Below, piece after piece: positions 8,726 to 18,454 of a stretch of DNA of 56,489 nt (the stretch's first letter is position 1; every line of letters starts with the position of its first letter). The notes below the pieces were generated by a model. It saw only the letters and a program-made list of their open reading frames with translations, ran no database searches and was not told where the DNA came from. The position numbers were made by a program, and so were the translations under genes. The DNA comes from a virus. Its lineage: Duplodnaviria > Caudoviricetes. The DNA is taken from IMG/VR virus record IMGVR_UViG_3300009149_000038, positions 1-56,489 of that record. One strand, given 5' to 3'.

Positions 8726-9220
8726 TTAGGACCACTTTTTAGTCCATTTTTGAATCTTTTTTTCTGTCTCTATATAGTCTTGGAGCGAGGACTGTAATGC
8801 TCGTATACGTCCCTCTATGTCATTGTAGTGAGTCTCTATGATGTATTTGATAATGGGATATGGATTATCGAACCATTTTCTTGGACTTTTTGAGTCCATG
8901 GGCATAAAACTCCAGCCCATTCCAGTTATACTTGAATTATTCGAATCTGATTTTTGAATTGGTTTGGTTTGCAGAAATACGGTTTTTCCTTGTATGGATG
9001 GTGGAAGTTCATTATCAACTAAATCCCAGAGAATAGTATCCTTCCATTGCCTTATTGTTTGTTTATTAACTGCTATTCCAAAATCTTCCATTGCTTTTTC
9101 AAAATCCTCTATATATTGGGGTTTTGCCGGTCCATAGCCAACTCCCATTTTTCCTTTAGGATCTCTCCCACGTTCGAAGTTTATGTCTTCCTTTATTAAT
9201 CTAGCCCTCATAAATATCAA
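8726..9220 (-). CDS. NFERGxDP-motif protein (putative internal virion protein)
   Basis: MRARLIKEDINFERGRDPKGKMGVG. The true start is probably the Met of MRAR. Confidence 0.7.
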   Translation of the reverse strand: MIFMRARLIKEDINFERGRDPKGKMGVGYGPAKPQYIEDFEKAMEDFGIAVNKQTIRQWKDTILWDLVDNELPPSIQGKTVFLQTKPIQKSDSNNSSITGMGWSFMPMDSKSPRKWFDNPYPIIKYIIETHYNDIEGRIRALQSSLQDYIETEKKIQKWTKKWS

Positions 9221-10034
9221 ATCTATTTTCCCATTGCTGATCCGTAGCTTCTACTGGACCTCTCAAATAACTTTTAGGCTCCTCATATAACCCATCCTCT
9301 ATTATTTTTCTAACTTTCATAGCTTCGGGCAAATCCCAACATTTATGTAATCCTATAGCATAACCATTTCTCATAAAACTATTTGACCATACTGCAGCTC
9401 TACGTATTTTGTATATTACTACATAATCTTGGGGGTATAAAGTCATTCCACCTTTATATGATGGGGGTTTAAATTTATCTCTAACAATTTTGGATTCTTT
9501 CTTTGGAATTAGAATATCACCAGGCCTCAGTTTATTCCAGGTTCTTTCTCCTATACGCATAGCTCTTTTGGGGTCTTGACCTCTTTCAAAATTAATGGAT
9601 TCATTTACAGGAAAGCCTGGCTCTATTATATCTAAGCGATAATCAAATTTTCTTTTTGTAATATTATCGAAAAAACCAGCTCTTACCCCATACCATTCTA
9701 ATCCTTTTGATCCGGATTCTTTGAATTTTTCTCTTTGATCATAAACCTTTGTTTCACTGGAATGATGATATCTTTTCCATGATATATTTTTTTTTCCGTC
9801 CCCCTGATCCCTAACATCTGTAACTAAAAGCCAATCCATCTTCGCAATAGATAATGCTGAAGAATGATATCCGCCAATAACTCCTGTACTTTTGGTGACC
9901 CCAAAAGATTTTTTGGATCTTAAAATAGCACCGGGCTGTAATGTATCAAAAGATAATCCACCCAGTCCCATTGCACCTAGCGGATCTACTCCTCTTTGGA
10001 AATTTACATTTTCAAAAACATATCGAGCCTTCAC
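9201..10034 (-). CDS. Two-unit NFERGxDP-motif protein (putative internal virion polyprotein)
   Basis: ENVNFQRGVDPLGAMGLG...LQPGAIL and internal NESINFERGQDPKRAMRIG...LRPGDIL. Confidence 0.7.
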   Translation of the reverse strand: MKARYVFENVNFQRGVDPLGAMGLGGLSFDTLQPGAILRSKKSFGVTKSTGVIGGYHSSALSIAKMDWLLVTDVRDQGDGKKNISWKRYHHSSETKVYDQREKFKESGSKGLEWYGVRAGFFDNITKRKFDYRLDIIEPGFPVNESINFERGQDPKRAMRIGERTWNKLRPGDILIPKKESKIVRDKFKPPSYKGGMTLYPQDYVVIYKIRRAAVWSNSFMRNGYAIGLHKCWDLPEAMKVRKIIEDGLYEEPKSYLRGPVEATDQQWENRFDIYEG

Positions 10035-10044
10035 TTATTGGGGT

Positions 10045-10362
10045 TTATTTTCTCTTTGCCCTTCTCTTTTTGAATGCTTCTTCAGCACCAAAGAATTTCC
10101 AGAATAGAAAATATCCTATTAAAACAAATAGCCATAATCCTATAACTGTTGAATATCCAGGTTGTGTATCAACATCAAATCCTTTATATGCAACTAATAA
10201 AACTAGAAAGTTTACAATTAGCATCCAATTCTTATAAAGAGATGGAAGCGCCGTTTTAAGGACCCAATTTTTGAGTTTAGTCCAGGGCTTTTTAACCCAT
10301 TCAACAACTTCGTCCCATAATCCGACAAAGAAGTCTTCAATTTTTTCCCATAATTTTTTCAT
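10045..10362 (-). CDS. Two-TM membrane protein (holin-like topology possible)
   Basis: Amphipathic Trp-rich N-terminus, two hydrophobic helices and a basic C-terminus KKRRAKRK. Confidence 0.6.
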   Translation of the reverse strand: MKKLWEKIEDFFVGLWDEVVEWVKKPWTKLKNWVLKTALPSLYKNWMLIVNFLVLLVAYKGFDVDTQPGYSTVIGLWLFVLIGYFLFWKFFGAEEAFKKRRAKRK

Positions 10363-10380
10363 GGTATATTATTATTTTAT

Positions 10381-12228
10381 TTAAAATTCTACTTCCTCAC
10401 CGCCTCCGCCGAGATCTTCATCGCCTCCACCGAGATCTTCACCACCTCCAAAGTCTCCTCCACCAAGATCTCCACCACCGAAATCTCCACCACCGAAATC
10501 TCCACCACCGAAATCTCCACCTCCGCCTAGATCTCCTCCGCCAAAACCACCCTCTTCACCTCCGAATCCGCCTTCTTCACCACCTCCGCCTTGGGTAGCA
10601 GCAATTCTTGCATAAGCCTGGGCAAGTCTCTTAATTTCTTCTGCTCTTTCTTTCCTAAATTTCTCATTGAGCTTAAGATCATCATCATTATAACTCATAT
10701 ACTTCTGAATTAAGAATCTCATATCAAAGAATGGAGTTTCTCCCGGAGTTCCGTCTGGATTTACTGTAGGCTCGGTTAATCCTGCTAGAGATGTTACAGT
10801 ATCAGCTCCTTTTTGAGCCATATCTCTTTCCTTCATTAATTTGAAGAGATTTTCTTCGTTGAATACGAGACCTATAGAAGATTTTAAAGATTTATCTTCT
10901 TTAAATTCAGGATGCTTTAGTACAAATTGAAGCCATAATGGTTTTAGTAAAATATCCTGGAAAATAGATCTAACCCTATTAATGAAGTAAGAAAATCTGA
11001 TTTCATCTCTATTTGCTGAATCTGCTCCCGATCCCCATGGACTATCTCCTCCTTCACCAGTTAGCTGATTCGAGAACCTACTCTGCGGAACTTTTGTTTC
11101 TACAACAAATCTTAACCAGAAATATTTAAGTGATTCTACATTGGATAAATCATACCCTTCTGGTTGAAATCCTCCAATTTCAGTTTGTTCCCCATTCTTA
11201 GTAGGAATGATAAATGTTTTAGCAAAGTTAAATTGAGGAGATCCGTTATAAGTTACCTCACCAGACTGATCATCAATATTAAGTTCTTCCTTATACATAC
11301 CACGTAATTCGGAAAGACGTGTTCTGGCTTTGCTCTCTGATTGTGATCCTATCGGAACTAAGATTTTCACCCTCATTTGAGAGTTCCACACATTCCATAT
11401 AATCCTTGAATTTTCAAGGGTTCTAAGCATGTTGAATGATCTAACTAATCTTTCAACATAAGATAATCTAGAAATAAAGTTACCACGTGCCCATGAAATA
11501 TAAATAAGGTTGGAATCTAATAATTCCCTTTGTTTCATTGTGTCCCCCCGATACTGAATCCATACCCTGTATTCTTTTCCATCATCGCCAATGCGGATTT
11601 CTGGTTCTAATGAAACTGGATCAACTTCTTTTAATCCAATAATATTTTTAGCATCATTCTCTCCTTCACCATCGTATATTATTTCAAATGATAAAAATCC
11701 ATCAATTAGGAATTTTTTGAAATAATGCCAGCCATCATGTCCATCATTGAATCGGAAAGCTTGATATACTTGTTTATAAGAAGCATTGAGATCATCAACA
11801 ATTTCTTTGGCTTTTTCTTGTTTAAGAACTGCTTTTAGATTTTTAGTATCTGGATATGCGAAATAATTACCCTGATCATAGATAATCGATTCGTCTGCAA
11901 TAACCTCCAACACGTGTTCAATTTCTCCGTTCATAGCAAATTTACGAAGGAAATCTCTTCTTGTGGGATATTCTTTATCGTAAAATGCAATAAATTCTTT
12001 CTGACCGTAGTCAGTTCCCATGTAATTGCCTTGATAATAAAGGCCATACATGGAATCCATTTGAGCCTCCGCAATACCTATAGATTTGGATTGCGTAATA
12101 AGCTTGTCCTCCCAGGTCATTCCTAGTTGTGCGAGGTAACGTATATTTCTTTGAATATTCTTAACCCATCCCATTTGGGATCTATCCATGGATTTCAACG
12201 TGAACCCACTTTCATTTAATCTTGCCAT
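10381..12228 (-). CDS. Portal protein (T4 gp20-like) with Gly/acidic C-terminal tail
   Basis: EIEHVLEVIADESI, FKKFLIDG, SYVERLVRSFNMLRTLENSRIIW, KVPQSRF and RDEIRFSYFINRVRSIF match gp20-family motifs. Confidence 0.88.
   Translation of the reverse strand: MARLNESGFTLKSMDRSQMGWVKNIQRNIRYLAQLGMTWEDKLITQSKSIGIAEAQMDSMYGLYYQGNYMGTDYGQKEFIAFYDKEYPTRRDFLRKFAMNGEIEHVLEVIADESIIYDQGNYFAYPDTKNLKAVLKQEKAKEIVDDLNASYKQVYQAFRFNDGHDGWHYFKKFLIDGFLSFEIIYDGEGENDAKNIIGLKEVDPVSLEPEIRIGDDGKEYRVWIQYRGDTMKQRELLDSNLIYISWARGNFISRLSYVERLVRSFNMLRTLENSRIIWNVWNSQMRVKILVPIGSQSESKARTRLSELRGMYKEELNIDDQSGEVTYNGSPQFNFAKTFIIPTKNGEQTEIGGFQPEGYDLSNVESLKYFWLRFVVETKVPQSRFSNQLTGEGGDSPWGSGADSANRDEIRFSYFINRVRSIFQDILLKPLWLQFVLKHPEFKEDKSLKSSIGLVFNEENLFKLMKERDMAQKGADTVTSLAGLTEPTVNPDGTPGETPFFDMRFLIQKYMSYNDDDLKLNEKFRKERAEEIKRLAQAYARIAATQGGGGEEGGFGGEEGGFGGGDLGGGGDFGGGDFGGGDFGGGDLGGGDFGGGEDLGGGDEDLGGGGEEVEF
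10397..10590. repeat. Degenerate 15-21-bp repeats encoding the GGDFG/GGEEG tail of the portal
   Basis: ccaccaccgaaatct x3 plus variants. Confidence 0.9.
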
Positions 12229-12247
12229 ATTAAGATTATTTCTTTTA

Positions 12248-12946
12248 TTATATATCTTTATTAATAGATCGTTTGTGGCTTACAATTCCCCACGGTGTAA
12301 ATTCTTTTCCGCAGTGTTCACAAACTATCCTTTCTACATTTTTTCCTGCTTCACTTAACCTCTTTTTTTGTCCTTCAGATATCTTTCTGCCTTTTAAAGT
12401 ATCCGATATTTTTTGTTTTACCTCATCATCTCGTTTTAGACCATAATAATGATGTTTTTTCCCAGATGTAAGACCCTTCCTGTTTTCTGACATTTTTATA
12501 ATAGATTCGGACTTATGTTTTTTTCCAAAAAACGGATGCTTTTCTCCGACAAGCTTCTTTTTTATATCAGATATTTTTTTCTTTGTTTCCGCGGATCTAA
12601 TTTGACCTGTATTACCATCACTTATTTTTTTTCGAGTTATATGACTTCTTGTGGATCCAGGGTATCCCCACCCGCCTTCAGCACTAACATTATACCCCAA
12701 TGGAGTCAGCGTATTATATTTTATAATCATAGGCTCCTCGAGTTTTCGAGCTTCTATTATAGTTTTGCATTCTTGAAGAATTTTTCTTTTGAAATTATCT
12801 TTCCCGGATTTTTTTAAGGCTTGTTTGAAGATTTTACCGCTACCCAAATAATTATCATGCAGATCATTTGTCGCGTGAGACCCTATATATTGCTTACCGT
12901 TTGCTAGATTGGTTGTAATGTATACAAAGTTGTATTTCTTTTCCAT
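12248..12946 (-). CDS. GIY-YIG homing endonuclease with NUMOD3 repeats (Seg-like)
   Basis: FVYITTNLANGKQYIGSH...YLGSG...E...GYN, and HPFFGKKH / HHYYG repeats. Confidence 0.9.
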   Translation of the reverse strand: MEKKYNFVYITTNLANGKQYIGSHATNDLHDNYLGSGKIFKQALKKSGKDNFKRKILQECKTIIEARKLEEPMIIKYNTLTPLGYNVSAEGGWGYPGSTRSHITRKKISDGNTGQIRSAETKKKISDIKKKLVGEKHPFFGKKHKSESIIKMSENRKGLTSGKKHHYYGLKRDDEVKQKISDTLKGRKISEGQKKRLSEAGKNVERIVCEHCGKEFTPWGIVSHKRSINKDI

Positions 12947-12973
12947 AATGGCTGGTTTGACACTTTATATATC

Positions 12974-13645
12974 TTACCTAGACTTCCCATATAATTTATA
13001 GATCTGAGAAAACGAAAGTTTCCTAAAAGCGTCTTTAGGTTCGTAAAATGGAAGATATTTCCACTCCGCATACTCAATCATACGAAGATTCTTAACTTTT
13101 GGCAATAAATAATTTCTATATCCAAAATTGAAATTTTCGCTTGTGGATTTATTGAACATATCTATCATCATTTTGCCCTTGCCGCCCGCAATGAAGCTTA
13201 AAAATCTTTTATTTAGTGCTAATTTATCATTCTGAGCTAACAAATCTACTTCTCTTTCTAAAAAACTTTGAAAATTATCATAGAAAGATTGAAGAAATTT
13301 CACTCTGGCTTGATATGGAATAGTATTCAAATTAATCCCTGAAAAAGAGGTCTTGTCATTCTTCATGCAAAAAACCATAGGAACTATATCAGAATATTTT
13401 TTCTTGGAATTTTTTACCACTACATCCGGCCCTCCATAAAGAAATGTATAAATCATTCCTGGCAAAGGTGCACCTCCGGTTTTGGCAAGCATTAGGCTTT
13501 CCTGATCCGTATCTTCAATTTGTATTACTTTTTTTTGCCCCCTTAAATTATATTTCATATATTTTTCAAAAAGGGTATAATAAGCTACATCCGTAATATT
13601 TGCCAGATTTTTTAAATAATCATATTCTTCAATAGGTGAATTCAT
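12974..13645 (-). CDS. DNA end-protector-like protein (T4 gp2-like)
   Basis: PGMIYTFLY...DIVPMV...GINLNTIP...RVKFL...RNYL...EW pattern, adjacent to the gp4-like gene as in T4. Confidence 0.65.
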   Translation of the reverse strand: MNSPIEEYDYLKNLANITDVAYYTLFEKYMKYNLRGQKKVIQIEDTDQESLMLAKTGGAPLPGMIYTFLYGGPDVVVKNSKKKYSDIVPMVFCMKNDKTSFSGINLNTIPYQARVKFLQSFYDNFQSFLEREVDLLAQNDKLALNKRFLSFIAGGKGKMMIDMFNKSTSENFNFGYRNYLLPKVKNLRMIEYAEWKYLPFYEPKDAFRKLSFSQIYKLYGKSR

Positions 13646-14319
13646 TATAATGTTCTGTAATGTTTTTTATTCTCAGCTCTGTGTATATCAAACATACTTA
13701 GCCTGTTCCCATGAACCTTTTTATTGAAAACAATTCCCAATCTATCTAATACATCATCATGAAAAATCATAAATTTAGACCCGCTTCTAATAGCATATTG
13801 ATTAGCGGCTTCAAATTTTGATTCATTTATCATATATTGTTTTAGCGCGTTGTTGTATTTTTTGATGTCCTTTATCTTAGCCTCTCTTGAAATAGGTTCG
13901 GGCTTTACCAATTGTCTTTTTGGCTTAACTTCAATAATCCATTTCTCCGTATCTCCATTAGAGGCTTTCACCTTAGCCCAGAAATCGGTATTATAATTTT
14001 TTCTGACCCAATTATGGGGATTATTAGGATTTAATCCTAATTTTTTGCATTCCTCTAATTTAGATATCTTATCAAAATATGGAATCTTAAATGGCTCTGA
14101 TGACCATTCTAGAACGGACGGAGAGTAATCAGCCCACATGCAAACAGAAAATTCCCAAGCACTTCGAAAAATTATAAGATTCGGATCACCAATATATTTT
14201 CCCCTATTTTGCGGAATATAATATCCTTGATGAGTTTGTCCTTTTCCTAGAGAACCGTTTTCTTTGAATGTGTTCTTTACAGGTTTATGCCAGCGTTTAT
14301 AGCTATCATTCGGGGCCAT
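13645..14319 (-). CDS. Head completion nuclease (T4 gp4-like, TnsA-type)
   Basis: QGYYIPQNRGKYIGDPNLIIFRSAWE...WSSEPFKIPY...YNTDF...IIEVKP...KFEAA. Confidence 0.88.
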   Translation of the reverse strand: MAPNDSYKRWHKPVKNTFKENGSLGKGQTHQGYYIPQNRGKYIGDPNLIIFRSAWEFSVCMWADYSPSVLEWSSEPFKIPYFDKISKLEECKKLGLNPNNPHNWVRKNYNTDFWAKVKASNGDTEKWIIEVKPKRQLVKPEPISREAKIKDIKKYNNALKQYMINESKFEAANQYAIRSGSKFMIFHDDVLDRLGIVFNKKVHGNRLSMFDIHRAENKKHYRTL

Positions 14320-14331
14320 ATATAATCTTTT

Positions 14332-14679
14332 TTATAGACTATATATATTGTTGTGAGATACAGATATCTTTTTTGATTTAGGCATGTTACCATAGAGCTT
14401 TCTCCATCCCTTTGCGAAACCATTCTTAATGATTTGTGTGATATAAGCAAAAGCGTTTGCAGATTTTTCCGGATTATATCCTCTCCAATATTGATAACAA
14501 TCCATTACTGCGAAAGATATGCAGTCTTCTTTATCCTCTGGATAAATGTATTTAAACTTGGCAGAAAATTTATCCGCCATTAACATAAACATATCTAATG
14601 CCTCTGCTGTTAGTTCATCTTGAGCTTTTGATACAATTAGAGCTTCCCTCAAATCTTTATTCTTTACGTAAGCGGCCAT
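14332..14679 (-). CDS. Late-transcription sigma factor (T4 gp55-like)
   Basis: YVKNKDL...EDCISFAVMDC...YNPEKSANAFAYITQIIKNGF. Confidence 0.85.
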   Translation of the reverse strand: MAAYVKNKDLREALIVSKAQDELTAEALDMFMLMADKFSAKFKYIYPEDKEDCISFAVMDCYQYWRGYNPEKSANAFAYITQIIKNGFAKGWRKLYGNMPKSKKISVSHNNIYSL

Positions 14680-14707
14680 ATATTTGTTTTTAACGTTATT
14701 TTAGATT

Positions 14708-14742
14708 TATACAAAAAAAGACACAACAAGTTTCGTTGTGTC
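14708..14742 (-). promoter_or_regulatory. Composite terminator-like hairpin / ECF-type promoter upstream of the gp55-like gene
   Basis: GACACAAC-GAAACTT-GTTGTGTC-T7-GTATA, giving GAAAC-N16-TGTATA. Confidence 0.6.
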
Positions 14743-14767
14743 CGGGAGATCATTTCTAGTGAATGTT

Positions 14768-15058
14768 CTACTTGGTTTCAGTAGAGGTTATATTCTTAAC
14801 TGTCTTATTTAGAGCATCTATTTCTACTCCTTGTTCTGAAAGCTGCTTTGCTTGGATTTTTATAGCAGAATCTATTTCCGGGATCTTTGTATCAAGATAT
14901 CCGGATAATTCAAAATATTCTGTTTTTACTTCATCCAAACCTGATTTGATTTGGGGTTTTGTCTTAGTCAAATCGATAGCAATATAAGAAAAAATAGTCA
15001 GAATAAGAGCTATTACAATTAATGATTGAAGTGATGTCCATTTTTTTTTCTGAGCCAT
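14768..15058 (-). CDS. Small TM plus coiled-coil protein
   Basis: N-terminal TM LIVIALILTIFSYIAI and a heptad C-terminus. Confidence 0.65.
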   Translation of the reverse strand: MAQKKKWTSLQSLIVIALILTIFSYIAIDLTKTKPQIKSGLDEVKTEYFELSGYLDTKIPEIDSAIKIQAKQLSEQGVEIDALNKTVKNITSTETK

Positions 15059-15071
15059 TGTAACAATTCTT

Positions 15072-15599
15072 TTAATTATTTCCGGAAGTGGTATCCACCG
15101 GATTATTATTTTCGTCTAGCTGAATCGCTTGGAACTGATAATCTTTTTTAGGTTTATTGTCATTTAAGTTCGGCTTTTCTATATTAGGCTGATAGGCCCG
15201 AGATAATCGTTCAAATGATTCATTCAAGAGCATTATTTTTTCTACAATGTCATCTGCATTTGAATTTCCAGATGATAAAATCATATCTAATTTTCTATTT
15301 GTAGTGGCATTTAGGTCCTCCACCAAAGCATGAAGGTTATGTAGGTAATCAAGGATTTCTTTATTATATTGATCTTGCTCTGAACGAAATTCATCAAAAT
15401 TATCAATTAATTCATAGGTAGCAACAATGCCTCTCTTCATCTGATCAATTTCGGCTACATGATTAGCATCTAATCTTTTAGAGATCAGAAAATAAGAAAC
15501 TACGATAAAAATTGCAAAAATAAGAATGTATTTAAGAGCGTTTGGTGTTTTCTCCCAAAATCTATTAAGATTAAATTTGTCTAGTGGTATGGCCCCCAT
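15072..15599 (-). CDS. TM plus coiled-coil protein (lysis/envelope candidate)
   Basis: YILIFAIFIVVSYFLI followed by a long helical region. Confidence 0.65.
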   Translation of the reverse strand: MGAIPLDKFNLNRFWEKTPNALKYILIFAIFIVVSYFLISKRLDANHVAEIDQMKRGIVATYELIDNFDEFRSEQDQYNKEILDYLHNLHALVEDLNATTNRKLDMILSSGNSNADDIVEKIMLLNESFERLSRAYQPNIEKPNLNDNKPKKDYQFQAIQLDENNNPVDTTSGNN

Positions 15600-15634
15600 T
15601 TATCATGTCAGTTACTTTATATTGTGTAATTATT

Positions 15635-16291
15635 TTATATGGATACTGAAACAAGTTCTCTTGGAACGTTATCCAATTGCATATCGCCATCTGGATTTAA
15701 AATAATTCTAACATTATCCGATGCACCGATTGCTGCTGTAAAATCTATTGAATTAACTAAAATAGGAATTGGTACTCCATCTGGACCATCAATTGTTCCC
15801 TCCACATAGTCTTGTGGATTTGCAAAATCATTAGGATCTTCAAATACTTGAACTTGTTCTTTAGGCATTTGGACCATTTGTCCGTCAGAATAAACATTAA
15901 TATTTTCATTCATTTTTGCTTGATTCCAGTTGGAATACCTTACATAACAATTAGTAGTTTTCACGGGGGTTCTTCCCATAAAAATTCCGCATCTTACAAA
16001 TTGTTCGAATAATACTTTTTGAGTTTTCTCATCAAATTTATAAGGGAGTTCCATAGTTTTGGCTTTCATTCCCACAACTTTTACATCTTTGGGATTTACA
16101 AAATCTGAAGATCCTTGAATTTGAACTAACCAATCTCCATTCTGAGCTTGGCCAATGATATATCCTCTCTTGCCCGCATAAGTAACTTTGTCACCTACCT
16201 GAGCCGATTGATTTTCATTAAGAGGCTGAGCTTTTTTCTTGTTAACGATTTTAAACTCAACCGTTTTTTGACGGAATTTTTCCTTAGCCAT
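15635..16291 (-). CDS. Hypothetical protein with SH3/KOW-like beta domains, probably virion-associated
   Basis: PLNE site, then QVGDKVTYAGKRGYIIG. Co-transcribed with the scaffold-like gene. Confidence 0.6.
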   Translation of the reverse strand: MAKEKFRQKTVEFKIVNKKKAQPLNENQSAQVGDKVTYAGKRGYIIGQAQNGDWLVQIQGSSDFVNPKDVKVVGMKAKTMELPYKFDEKTQKVLFEQFVRCGIFMGRTPVKTTNCYVRYSNWNQAKMNENINVYSDGQMVQMPKEQVQVFEDPNDFANPQDYVEGTIDGPDGVPIPILVNSIDFTAAIGASDNVRIILNPDGDMQLDNVPRELVSVSI

Positions 16292-16299
16292 ATTGTGTA

Positions 16300-18378
16300 T
16301 TATTTCTTTTTCTTCTTCAAATAAACTCGTTTTTTAGTACCAGTCTTTTCCATGGTGCTATCTTCGATTTTTTCTTCTTCTTCGTCTTCTACTTTTTCTT
16401 CTTCACCATCTCCAAGATCCAATTCCTCTTCGTCCCCAACTTTGATTTCTCCTTCGTCACCACCTAATTCTTCTCCGCCTTCTCCTTCAATTTCTCCGCC
16501 TTCTCCTTCAATTTCTCCGCCTTCTCCTTCAATTTCTCCGCCTTCCCCTTCTTCATCTTCACCGCCTTCTTCAGAGCCCATTTCAACATCTGCTTCAGCT
16601 GCATCAGCATCAGCCTCAATTTGATCCGCTCCTAGACTAACTTCGTCCGAAGCAATAGTTGGGGAATCGCCCAATAATTCGGTATCTACATCATCAAATG
16701 TAACCGCTGAAGCAGGTTCGCTTGTAACATCCTCCGCTCCTACTTCCGTTCCGAATTCAGAATCAAATTCTCCTTCTCCTTCTGCTTCTGCAGGGATTGG
16801 TACTGTATATTTTTGACCCCCAACTTCAATTTGTAAAGGCCCATCAATTTCTAAAGAAATAGTAGCTTCATTAAGGTCTTCTTTTGGGAGTCTCATATAA
16901 GCTTCTACTAGATTTAGATAATCTTTGTATTCGTTTTTGATATCATCTAATTCCTCCTGTAAAGCAGCAATAACTTCTTCGTTTACTTCTTTCGCAAATG
17001 GATTAGATCTAAACTCTTGAATTTTATTTTGTAATTCTATAATATAATCTGTATATTCTTTCCTAGTTTCTATGATTTCCTCATTGATTTTTTCCTCATT
17101 AGGAAGTAGATCTGAAAAAGCTTTGGATACATCAAATCTTAGATGCTCCATCATAAGGTTTTTAGCCTGAATTGGATTGATATTTCTATAGAAAGTACCT
17201 TTTCCCATTTCTGGGTTATAAGTCGCTATGGAAATATTTCCCCTTAGCTTGAATATATCAGCAGCATATTCTGTATTTTCTTTTAGAAAAACTCTTTTTG
17301 CAAAATCAACCTCTGCTATTTCATGGAAATTCTTTCTGAATGTTTCCACCAAAGATAAAAATCTACCTTTACCTGTCCAATTAGCAATTTCAGCGGAATT
17401 TTTATATTCCTCATTGGTAAATTCTTGATTGTTTACTAAAATTCCTTTATCCGAAATAACTGCTTTGTCACTTCCTTCGTAAATGGTAACGGATTTTCCA
17501 TCTATAACAATGTTTGGATCGTTAATTCTCTCGCAAAGGGATACAAATTCTTTATCCAATCTTTTAACACTTTCGTTATTAAGTTTAGAAAGAGTATTTC
17601 CTTTCTTAACATAATAAGATCCGCGAACCCCAAAGACAGCTTCGTTTTCACCTAAATAAAGAACCGGAGAATAAACTTTCTCCATATCGCAGGTGGCGTT
17701 AGCATATTCTAATTGAAGATTTGTAGCATCAACTGTAACGAGATTGATAAGGTCTCTTACGAAAGGATCATAAGAAAATTTAATAAGCCCCTCTTTTAAA
17801 GAACTCTTTGTTTGCGTATTCTTATCATCAAGGTAATTTTGAACGAGATCCTCAATTACAGGAACTAGATAACTACTTCTAGATTTTTTCATAGTTTCCA
17901 TAATCTTAGTTATAGAAACATCAGATTCGTAAGTATCTACTCTATCCTTAATTGCTTTTATAGCATTTCCAACTTTTGGAAAATAGTGGAATGATTGCAT
18001 AGCGGATATAAAGCTCTCATATAAAAGAGCCTCTGGCTGGGATTCAAGCTGTTCTTCAAAATAGTTAAGACTTTCTTTTAGACTAGCGTTTTCCTTAGCC
18101 TCAGTATCCATTAAAGTATTAATAGCATCCCTAACCCCTAGGTTGCGAACTTCCCAAAGCCTTTTTGTATTTTTTAGCCATTCCTGAGTTGGCTCATCCT
18201 TCACAGAAGAAAGACCTTCAAAAAGGTTTTTAACTATCGCTTTCTCAAACTCTACCCTCGCTTGGGAAGGCATGCTTTCGTAAATTCCGGAATTAAGAGA
18301 GGCGGAAGCTTTTTGACATAAAGCTTGCACGTTTTTATTTTCCGTCTTGCTCTTTAAAGAATTAATTTTTTCTATCAT
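16300..18378 (-). CDS. Prohead core/scaffold-like protein with long acidic tail
   Basis: 692 aa, helical, with many L-x-E sites (LKES, LYES, LKEG, LKEN, LNEA), an E/G/D-rich C-terminus and a late motif at 18413-18420. Confidence 0.55.
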   Translation of the reverse strand: MIEKINSLKSKTENKNVQALCQKASASLNSGIYESMPSQARVEFEKAIVKNLFEGLSSVKDEPTQEWLKNTKRLWEVRNLGVRDAINTLMDTEAKENASLKESLNYFEEQLESQPEALLYESFISAMQSFHYFPKVGNAIKAIKDRVDTYESDVSITKIMETMKKSRSSYLVPVIEDLVQNYLDDKNTQTKSSLKEGLIKFSYDPFVRDLINLVTVDATNLQLEYANATCDMEKVYSPVLYLGENEAVFGVRGSYYVKKGNTLSKLNNESVKRLDKEFVSLCERINDPNIVIDGKSVTIYEGSDKAVISDKGILVNNQEFTNEEYKNSAEIANWTGKGRFLSLVETFRKNFHEIAEVDFAKRVFLKENTEYAADIFKLRGNISIATYNPEMGKGTFYRNINPIQAKNLMMEHLRFDVSKAFSDLLPNEEKINEEIIETRKEYTDYIIELQNKIQEFRSNPFAKEVNEEVIAALQEELDDIKNEYKDYLNLVEAYMRLPKEDLNEATISLEIDGPLQIEVGGQKYTVPIPAEAEGEGEFDSEFGTEVGAEDVTSEPASAVTFDDVDTELLGDSPTIASDEVSLGADQIEADADAAEADVEMGSEEGGEDEEGEGGEIEGEGGEIEGEGGEIEGEGGEELGGDEGEIKVGDEEELDLGDGEEEKVEDEEEEKIEDSTMEKTGTKKRVYLKKKKK
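16471..16545. repeat. 21-bp tandem repeat x3.5 encoding GGEIEGE
   Basis: ttctccgccttctccttcaat repeated exactly. Confidence 0.95.
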
Positions 18379-18454
18379 TGCTCGTTCAATTATTTGATAA
18401 ATTGTATTTTTCTATATATTTATGGCTTATGCCAATTTTATTCCCTTTTTCGTA

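Noticed and set aside
12248-12946. Group I intron around the GIY-YIG genes (also 41217-41909)
   Set aside because: The flanking genes are complete and there is no non-coding space for an intron core, so the endonucleases are free-standing.
4881-16545. Tandem repeats as a possible CRISPR array
   Set aside because: The repeats are contiguous, in-frame multiples of 3 inside coding regions, with no unique spacers and no cas genes.
16352-16624. Ser/Pro-rich plus-strand ORF
   Set aside because: It is the antisense shadow of the GGEIEGE repeat in the scaffold-like gene.
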